A DNA stretch of 64,000 nt from Promethearchaeia archaeon (GTDB lineage: Archaea > Asgardarchaeota > Lokiarchaeia > Sigyniarchaeales > SOKP01), in the NCBI GenBank assembly GCA_029856145.1, contig JAHQWK010000001.1:1-64000 (forward strand), in the 5' to 3' direction. The position numbers and the translations under genes are program-made. The notes under the pieces were generated by a model. The model saw only the letters and a list, made by a program, of their open reading frames with translations, was not told where the DNA came from and ran no database searches. Positions 1-7,188 of this stretch are shown here, piece after piece. The first letter of the stretch is position 1. The number at the start of each line of letters is the position of its first letter.

Positions 1-161
1 GGTTTTTTTGTAAGCATTGAAGAAATTTCTTCAGTTAATTCATCTTCCTCTAATTTAAGTTCTTCGCAAATTTCATCTAAAAGTTCTTGTTTTATTTTTT
101 CTTTTATTTTCCTCTTAATTACATCTTTGATTGATTTATTCGCTAGATCATTATTTTCCAT
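1..161 (-). CDS. 5' part of a gene running off the window; next gene of the Ubl-E1-E2 operon (MENNDLANKSIKDVIKRKIKEKIKQELLDEICEELKLEEDEL...)
   Basis: ATG at 161 lies 7 nt after the E2 stop; open to the window edge; charged helical sequence. Confidence 0.7.
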   Translation of the reverse strand, partial: MENNDLANKSIKDVIKRKIKEKIKQELLDEICEELKLEEDELTEEISSMLTKK

Positions 162-168
162 GTAAAAA

Positions 169-696
169 TCACCATTTTTTATTTGCATACTTCTTAACAA
201 GGTTCTTTACTTTTTTCTCAAAAAACTTTTGATTTTTCATCATTTCTATCGCGGCTTTTTTGTTAAAAACATCTGTTGGATTTACATATTTACCACGTGT
301 ATTTAACATAGCAATTATTGCTTGAACGACAGTCACTGCTGTTTTTGAAGGACTCCATCCACCTTTTTTACCAACTAATGAGGGATCTACTAAAGCAAGA
401 CAAATATTTCTCTGTCCTTTATATTCTGATGGTTTTGGCCAGAAATTTGGATGCCAAATAGGAGTATGAAATCTTACAAAAGGAGGTTTTTTAGGGTATT
501 GACCAGGGAATTTCATTTCTAATCTAAAAAGACCACCTGCATAAACAGTACCTTTAGGACCTTTAAATGAGATTGCTAGATGATCAATACTTTTCCTTTT
601 TGGATTAAATGGTTTTAATTGAACAATACTACCTTCTGTAAGCATTTTTTTTAATCCTGCAAAATCTCGGGAAATACGACTACTTCTTATACTCAT
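169..696 (-). CDS. E2 ubiquitin-conjugating (UBC) enzyme
   Basis: GPKGTVYAGGLF, FPxxYPxxPP, WHPN motif, catalytic NICL, WSPS motif. Confidence 0.95.
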   Translation of the reverse strand: MSIRSSRISRDFAGLKKMLTEGSIVQLKPFNPKRKSIDHLAISFKGPKGTVYAGGLFRLEMKFPGQYPKKPPFVRFHTPIWHPNFWPKPSEYKGQRNICLALVDPSLVGKKGGWSPSKTAVTVVQAIIAMLNTRGKYVNPTDVFNKKAAIEMMKNQKFFEKKVKNLVKKYANKKW

Positions 697-792
697 TTTC
701 TCAACCCTTTTTATTATCTCTAATTTTATATTGAAAATATTATTATATATTTTTTTATAATTTTTAAGTTAAAACCTTTTTTGATTGAAATC

Positions 793-2028
793 TTATTTTA
801 ATTTTAAGGTTACAAAAATTTCACCATCTTTAAACCCCGCCGCTGTCATAAGTTCGTAATTTCTTAATCCATTTTCAATTGGATTCTTTTCTAATTCAAC
901 TATCTTAACATCATTAAAATCCAGTAAAGTTAAAATTGGCTCAGAATCTGGATCTAGTTTAAATCCATTTTTCGTTAATATTTTAATTATGTTTAGACAA
1001 GGTGATTGGGCTCTCAATTTTATTGATACTCGGCGAACTTTTTTACTACATTGAGAACAATCTGGGTTTCTTGGTTTTTCGATATGATAGAATCTCATTG
1101 TAATTGCATTATAGATCACATAATTTCTTATAGGCTCACCTAATCCTTTATGACCTTTTCTCCAATGAAGTATTTTAATTGTTTCATGTGACTGTAAAGC
1201 TGAAATAACAGCATTTATAGTTATAATGCCAGGATCATGCCTATCAATAATTTTTACAATATCATCCTCAGTATATTCAGGCAAGAAATCATGTGTATTT
1301 ACTAGCTCATTTGTAACCTTTTGAATGAATTTAATATCATTTATGTCTTTTGGATTCGGATCACGATCAAACTTTTCTTTAAATGCCATATCTCCTTTAA
1401 AAACGCAATGAATCCTTTTTCGGGGCACTCCAACTACCGTACAGGCTGCCATCTCATCACTCTCACCTACTGGTAATGGATTACATTCATAACAAGCGTT
1501 TTTGTAAGGAAATATTGTATAAACATGGCCATGATAACCGGAAACTCCACCATCTACTAATGGTTTTTTAAATCTTATACATTGTGCATTTAAATTTAGA
1601 CGAGCATTCATCGAATCAAGTCCTCCAACAACAACATCAGCAGCTTGATATAATACAGGATTCAATCGCTCTAAAGAGGTATGATATCCCTTAACTATAA
1701 TATTGGGATTAATTTCTTTGAGCTTTCTCGCCGCCACAACTGCCTTAGGTTCTCCTATCTTTGCTCCAGTAAAAAGAACTTGACGGTTTAAATTAGAATG
1801 TTCAATAATATCTAAATCAATAAGATCTAAATGACCAACACCTAACATGGCAAAATTTTTAGCAATTTCACAACCTAAACCTCCAACACCAACTATCAAC
1901 ACCCTTGAGGCCTTTACTAATTTCTGAGACCAACCTTCCAAACGAAATTGGCGGTCATACAAGCCTCTCTCTTCCGCTGATAATTCTTTTGCAAAAAAAT
2001 CTGAATCCTTATCCAATATTATCACCAT
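793..2028 (-). CDS. E1 ubiquitin-like activating enzyme (eukaryote-type, Uba2/Uba3-like with catalytic Cys)
   Basis: YDRQ, GVGGLGCE, DLDIIEHSNLNRQ, CYEC and CSQC Zn ligands, ACTVVGVPRKRIHC catalytic motif, C-terminal extension. Confidence 0.95.
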   Translation of the reverse strand: MVIILDKDSDFFAKELSAEERGLYDRQFRLEGWSQKLVKASRVLIVGVGGLGCEIAKNFAMLGVGHLDLIDLDIIEHSNLNRQVLFTGAKIGEPKAVVAARKLKEINPNIIVKGYHTSLERLNPVLYQAADVVVGGLDSMNARLNLNAQCIRFKKPLVDGGVSGYHGHVYTIFPYKNACYECNPLPVGESDEMAACTVVGVPRKRIHCVFKGDMAFKEKFDRDPNPKDINDIKFIQKVTNELVNTHDFLPEYTEDDIVKIIDRHDPGIITINAVISALQSHETIKILHWRKGHKGLGEPIRNYVIYNAITMRFYHIEKPRNPDCSQCSKKVRRVSIKLRAQSPCLNIIKILTKNGFKLDPDSEPILTLLDFNDVKIVELEKNPIENGLRNYELMTAAGFKDGEIFVTLKLK

Positions 2029-2107
2029 ATATTTTTAAAAAAAAAATAAAAAAAATTAAAGAGCTTAAAGCCCTTATATTATAATTCATGAAGAAACTTT
2101 TATAAGT

Positions 2108-2440
2108 CTACCCAGCTGTACTAGCTGGGATTAAAAGAATATCATCGCCATCATTTACATCATAGTCTCTTAAATTGCTATTTTCATCCATTGTAACTCC
2201 ACCTGAAGATAAATGAAAATCATTGGGATCCAAACCATACAAGTTACCTAAGGTTTGTTTAATATCACTTACTTGATTGCTGTCATTTACAGTTAATTTT
2301 TCTTTCTTTTCCCCAGGTCCAATAGTTGACATGAAATATAAAGTCAATTTCTTTCCTCCAGCAGGAGTTTTACCAGCAGGAGTTTTAGATTTTACTGGTT
2401 CTTCTCCTCCTAAATCCTCATCAAATTCATCAAAACTCAT
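2108..2440 (-). CDS. Ubiquitin-like modifier 1 with acidic N-terminal tail, ends ...LLIPASTAG
   Basis: Beta-grasp pattern (VSDIKQTL, LRDYDVNDGDDILLI), terminal Gly, directly upstream of E1 and E2. Confidence 0.9.
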   Translation of the reverse strand: MSFDEFDEDLGGEEPVKSKTPAGKTPAGGKKLTLYFMSTIGPGEKKEKLTVNDSNQVSDIKQTLGNLYGLDPNDFHLSSGGVTMDENSNLRDYDVNDGDDILLIPASTAG

Positions 2441-2707
2441 TCACATCACTTCCAATTTTTTTTTATTTTACAATCTGTAATTTTGTTATACTTAATAAAA
2501 TGGCATTAAAAAATTATTATAAAACCCTTTGGAATGATTTTGAAGTTTTTTCAGTTATAATCAAAACCAACAGTAAGAAAATTAGGATCCTCAAGAAATT
2601 ATATTATATATTGTATGAATGCCTATCAATATATATAAGACATAATATATTGGTTTAGAGAGAATACGTAATTATAAAAACAAAAAATTTCAACCCAATT
2701 TAAATAT

Positions 2708-3385
2708 ATGCTCATGAGTTCTCTGGATAAAGCGGAATCTATTGTTCTTGAATTAGTAGAAGAGTATTTGACGAAAAAAACCTTCTTCTCAATTAGAGAA
2801 ATTACATCATATATAAGTAATAGGGTGAGATACAATCCTAATATAAATGAGAATAGAATAGAGTTAATCTTAAAGGAATTAATTAAAAGAAGAATTATTA
2901 TTCCAGGAACTCGATTAATGAAAAATAATATTGTTGAACATCCAAAAAGAAATGAAATTTTTAATTATATTAAAAAGAATCCCTCAAATATTAATGAAAT
3001 AATGAGAGCTCTAAACATTGGTAGTAATCAAGCATTATGGCATTTATCATGTTTAGAAAAATTCAAATTCATTAGATCAAAACAACTCAACAATCATAAA
3101 TTTTTCTTCAAATTTGACTCTAACCCAAAACTTGATCCATTATACTTTTATTTGAAAAAAGAGATCGTTCAAAAAATAATTAATTTTATAAAAAACAAAA
3201 ATAAAGCATTTAAAATTACAGAAATAGCAACTGGTTTAAAAAAAAATCATAGTACTATTAAAAAATATTTAGATATTCTAAATGATCTGGAATTAATAAA
3301 CATTGAAAAAGAAAAAAATAGAAACATATTCAAATTAGATTTCGAGAAATATTCTAAGGCTAGAAAATCAATAGAAGGTGCATGA
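2708..3385 (+). CDS. Multi winged-helix (ArsR/HTH-like) protein, probable transcriptional regulator
   Basis: HPKRNEIFNYIKKNP..INEIMRAL..ALWHLSCLE and KITEIATGLKKNHSTIKKYLDIL wHTH repeats plus an N-terminal wHTH-like segment. Confidence 0.75.
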   Translation: MLMSSLDKAESIVLELVEEYLTKKTFFSIREITSYISNRVRYNPNINENRIELILKELIKRRIIIPGTRLMKNNIVEHPKRNEIFNYIKKNPSNINEIMRALNIGSNQALWHLSCLEKFKFIRSKQLNNHKFFFKFDSNPKLDPLYFYLKKEIVQKIINFIKNKNKAFKITEIATGLKKNHSTIKKYLDILNDLELINIEKEKNRNIFKLDFEKYSKARKSIEGA

Positions 3386-3470
3386 AATTGAAAACTCCAA
3401 TTTTATTCCAATCCCATTTAAATTTTAGATTATATATTTTAAATTCAGAAAATAATCTAATCAAAAAATC

Positions 3471-4265
3471 ATGAAAAAGAATTATAGAATTTTAATTGTT
3501 ATTGCTCTTTACACTGTTTGTATATTGTTCTATGTATTTTTTTTCCTATTTCGTATACAAAATACTCCCTTCTTTCTTTTTCTAACTATTGGTAGTGTTG
3601 CAGTATTATCAACTAGTACCATTTATACAGTTATACAGTCTAAAAGCAGTCAAGATAAGAGGTTAAAAGAAAAAAAATCTTTTGCAAAACCAAAGTCAAT
3701 TCAAACGGAAACTATCGATATGATTGAAGATTATATTGATGCAATGCCTTCAATAGAAGAATATATTGAATCAGATGAGTCATATAAGGATATGCCTATA
3801 ATTGATAAATACATTTTTTCAATCTTTAGTAAAGACGAATTAGATAAAATAGACCTTTTAGAGTTACCGAAAATGGATAAGATTTTATTCATCCGAGAAA
3901 TGCTATATTACGATCCAAATGAGAGAAAGGCGTTAATCGAAAATATGCTGAAAAACAAGGATAAAACTGATGGAGAAATAATTTATACACCACCTATGAA
4001 TCCCATTGAAATGGAAGACCAGATCCGTGTTTATGTAAGATCATTACTTGAGCCTGGTGAGAAAACGAAAATAATTATTGTTGATATGACTGATTTCATC
4101 GGGATAACTAAGGATAAAATTGCAGTATTATTTGATTATGATCTAGAAGATTTTCTCATATCTAGCGGAGGGATATTGCTAAAAGAGAACTTACTAATAA
4201 AAGATTATGATATCGATGATGATGATGAAATCGCTCTAATCCCCTCAAGAAAAGAAAAAAATTAA
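3471..4265 (+). CDS. Membrane protein: two N-terminal TM helices, acidic helical linker, C-terminal Ubl domain without terminal Gly
   Basis: Hydrophobic residues 7-55; C-terminal ~80 aa align with both Ubls (PGEK, DFxxSSGG, DYDxxDxDxIxLIP). Confidence 0.85.
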   Translation: MKKNYRILIVIALYTVCILFYVFFFLFRIQNTPFFLFLTIGSVAVLSTSTIYTVIQSKSSQDKRLKEKKSFAKPKSIQTETIDMIEDYIDAMPSIEEYIESDESYKDMPIIDKYIFSIFSKDELDKIDLLELPKMDKILFIREMLYYDPNERKALIENMLKNKDKTDGEIIYTPPMNPIEMEDQIRVYVRSLLEPGEKTKIIIVDMTDFIGITKDKIAVLFDYDLEDFLISSGGILLKENLLIKDYDIDDDDEIALIPSRKEKN

Positions 4266-4282
4266 AAAAAGAACCTAATTTT

Positions 4283-4696
4283 TTAACCAGCTATACTTGC
4301 TGGAATTAAAAGTATGTCATCTCCGTCAGAAACATTATAATAGGTTAATGAGTTAGTTTCATCCATAGTTACACCACCAGATGATAAGTAAAAGTCAGCA
4401 GGATCTAAACCAAATAAATTGGCTATAGTTTCTTTTATATCTCCAACAAGGTTCCCATCATTAATAGTTAATTTTTGTTTTTTCTCACCTGGACCGATAG
4501 TAGACATAAAAAATACCGAAATCTTCTTCCCCCCAGTAACAACCTTTGTAGTAGGAGTTTTAGATTCAACTTCATCCTCAGGAATCTTTGCTAAAGTTTC
4601 TTCTATTCCATCTTCATATTTCTCTTCAAATTCTTCATCTAAATCTTCCAAATCTTCATCAAATTCTTGTTCATTAAACTCATCATCAAAACCCAT
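4283..4696 (-). CDS. Ubiquitin-like modifier 2 with long acidic N-terminal tail, ends ...LLIPASIAG
   Basis: Close paralog of 2108..2440 (FMSTIGPGEKK, LSSGGVTMDE, DGDDILLIPAS). Confidence 0.9.
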   Translation of the reverse strand: MGFDDEFNEQEFDEDLEDLDEEFEEKYEDGIEETLAKIPEDEVESKTPTTKVVTGGKKISVFFMSTIGPGEKKQKLTINDGNLVGDIKETIANLFGLDPADFYLSSGGVTMDETNSLTYYNVSDGDDILLIPASIAG

Positions 4697-4904
4697 AAAA
4701 TAAACCTCAATAAGTTAGATAAATTTTTTTAAAATATATTTTTGTCAAATCTTTTACTATAATTATATGAAAATAATAGAAACTAAGTTATATAAATAGA
4801 TTTAACAAAAAGAAAATTTAATAATTTTAGCTTTGTTTTGCAAACACTTTAGAGTCAATATTCATATGAATTTATTAATAGAGTAAGTTTAAAATTGAAA
4901 CATT

Positions 4905-6062
4905 ATGAATGATAAGCCTATTCCCAAGTATCAAATTCGAGAAAAAACTCCAGATGAAGAACTAGACACAATTCCAGAAAAAAAATTACTGAAAAAAATA
5001 AAAAAAGAAAGAATTAAGTTAGATAAAGAAAAAAGCGAATGGGAAAAAGTTATTAATCAAATTGAGGATTACAAAGAAAATATCGAAGACCTTGAAAAGA
5101 AAAGGAAAGAAAAAGAACTTAAAATTAAATTTCTTCTAGAACAACGAAATAACTTGAAAGAGGAGCTAGAGAGAACGAAAAATCAAATAGAGCAACAAAA
5201 AAATGAATTAGATGCTAAAGAACGGCGATTTAGAGAAAAAATTAAAAGTAAGAATGAAGAATTAAATCAAAAAAATACTGAATTAGAGAGGTTTCAAGAA
5301 AAATTAGATAAATTAAGAGAAGATATTGCTACTCAAAAAAAGAATTTAGATTGGGAAAAAGAAAGAACGGAAAAACGAATAAAGGAAATTAAAACGAAAA
5401 TTCCCGGAATGGAAAGAAGAGAAAATGCCTTAGAAAGAACTATTAATGATTTAGAAAATAATTTAATGGATTTAAGAAATGAAATTAAATATTTAACTAA
5501 AGAAAGGGATAATCTAAATAGGGAAATTAATAACTTAAGGAGAGAGATAACTGACGAAAAAAATCGAATTTCTGATGAAAAACAAAAACTTAAAGAAGAA
5601 AGAGAAAAAACGCGTTATAAAAAGCAAGATTTAGATCTTAGAACTCGTGAACTCGATAAGAAAAGAACAGATCTAAAAAAGTATAGATATAAAGCAGAAA
5701 AGGATGTAAATAATTTAGAAAAAAGAAGACGACAACAAGAAGCGAGATTTAAAGAATTAAAAAGAAAAGTTCCTGCTGCAGAGAAGAAGTTTCACTCCTT
5801 AAATAACAAAATTCCGAATTTAGAGGAAAAATTTAGAAAATTGAATAATGAATATAGACAATTAGAAAAAGAAAAAACAAACTTAGAAAGGGAAAAAAGT
5901 ACTATTAAACGTGAAAGAGAAAAACTAGAAAAGGATAAACAAAGATTTCTAAATGAAAAAAGAGAATTTGAAAGAGAACTAAGAAGGATTAAATCTAAAA
6001 CTCCTTCAATTAAAACAAAGACTCCTTCACATATTAAAACGAAAACTCCCTCAAAATATTAA
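4905..6062 (+). CDS. Long coiled-coil protein with C-terminal KTPS repeats
   Basis: ~330 aa of K/E/R/L heptad-rich sequence; tail IKSKTPSIKTKTPSHIKTKTPSKY. Confidence 0.85.
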   Translation: MNDKPIPKYQIREKTPDEELDTIPEKKLLKKIKKERIKLDKEKSEWEKVINQIEDYKENIEDLEKKRKEKELKIKFLLEQRNNLKEELERTKNQIEQQKNELDAKERRFREKIKSKNEELNQKNTELERFQEKLDKLREDIATQKKNLDWEKERTEKRIKEIKTKIPGMERRENALERTINDLENNLMDLRNEIKYLTKERDNLNREINNLRREITDEKNRISDEKQKLKEEREKTRYKKQDLDLRTRELDKKRTDLKKYRYKAEKDVNNLEKRRRQQEARFKELKRKVPAAEKKFHSLNNKIPNLEEKFRKLNNEYRQLEKEKTNLEREKSTIKREREKLEKDKQRFLNEKREFERELRRIKSKTPSIKTKTPSHIKTKTPSKY

Positions 6063-6073
6063 TTACTAATATT

Positions 6074-7120
6074 GTGAAATTCATGAGGATTGTTGATCCA
6101 ACTGAAGGAGATTATATAGAAACAAAAAAAGAAAACCTGTTTTTTGATGTAAAAGGTCTTCTCCATCCAAATGATTATATCATATGCTTTTTACGATTTT
6201 TTCCTCATCCAAACGGAGAAAGAAAAAAAAATGGAATCGTCTTTAAAAAAATTTACAAATTAAACGAAAGATATGACCTTTTGAGAAAAAATTATCCCAA
6301 ATATCTTTTCTTTTCTGAAGAACTAGATTTAGAGGTTCAAGGAGTTAAAAAAGATGAAATTAAAAAAATTTATACTCCTAGATGCTTCTTTGAAGATTTA
6401 TTAAAAACCCCCCAGTTATCCAGTAGTGAAAAACGTTCTAAGAGCTTATGTGAATTATTTATTACTGAGGGAAATCTTTCTGAGAATTCAATAGGTATTA
6501 CAGGATCAATAATGGTGGGATTAAATACTGAAGATTCTGATATTGATCTAGTAATATATGGTACAGAAACAAGTATAAAATTTCAAAAGAAATTGAAAAA
6601 AATATTTAAAAAGTCAGATGATTGTCGGAAATATACTATGGATGAATATAGAACCCATTATGATTGGAGAGCTAGTGGTTCCAATATTCCATTTGAAGAT
6701 TTTCTTAAAAGTGAGGAACGGAAACAGCATCAAGGGAAATTTTTAGGTCATGACTTCTTTATTAGATATATTAAAAGTCCTAAAGATTGGAAAGGGAATT
6801 TTTATGATTATCAATATAAAAATGTTGGAAGAATTAAACTTAAAGTAGACATCATAGATTCAAAAGATTCTATTTTTACCCCTTGTTCATATAAAATAAA
6901 TCCTATAAAAATTCTCAAAAGTGATATTAAACCAAATACTGTTAATATAAAAGACATAAATGAAATAAACTCGTTCAGAGGACGTTTTTGTGAGCAGGCT
7001 AGAAAGGGTGAAAAGGTATTTGTCGAAGGAAAATTAGAAAAAGTAAATTTTAAGAATGAATTAGAATATTTTAGGATTTTATTAAGTGATCCTATTAATG
7101 ATAAAATGATTATTATTTAA
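6074..7120 (+). CDS. Predicted archaeal nucleotidyltransferase (Pol-beta superfamily, COG1665-like)
   Basis: GITGSxxxG...SDIDLVIYG motif. Confidence 0.8.
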   Translation: MKFMRIVDPTEGDYIETKKENLFFDVKGLLHPNDYIICFLRFFPHPNGERKKNGIVFKKIYKLNERYDLLRKNYPKYLFFSEELDLEVQGVKKDEIKKIYTPRCFFEDLLKTPQLSSSEKRSKSLCELFITEGNLSENSIGITGSIMVGLNTEDSDIDLVIYGTETSIKFQKKLKKIFKKSDDCRKYTMDEYRTHYDWRASGSNIPFEDFLKSEERKQHQGKFLGHDFFIRYIKSPKDWKGNFYDYQYKNVGRIKLKVDIIDSKDSIFTPCSYKINPIKILKSDIKPNTVNIKDINEINSFRGRFCEQARKGEKVFVEGKLEKVNFKNELEYFRILLSDPINDKMIII

Positions 7121-7188
7121 TGACAAATAAAAGACTCTTAATTAGATTGAACTTAAAATATATATAAAATCAATTTTTTATAAAAGAA

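Noticed and set aside
2277-4703. Plus-strand ORFs 2277..2480 and 4419..4703 that resemble each other
   Set aside because: They are antisense shadows of the two paralogous Ubl genes; their similarity follows from that.
4905-6062. SMC/Rad50 or ESCRT-III assignment for the coiled-coil protein
   Set aside because: No Walker motifs, hinge or Zn hook; length and pattern do not fit Snf7.
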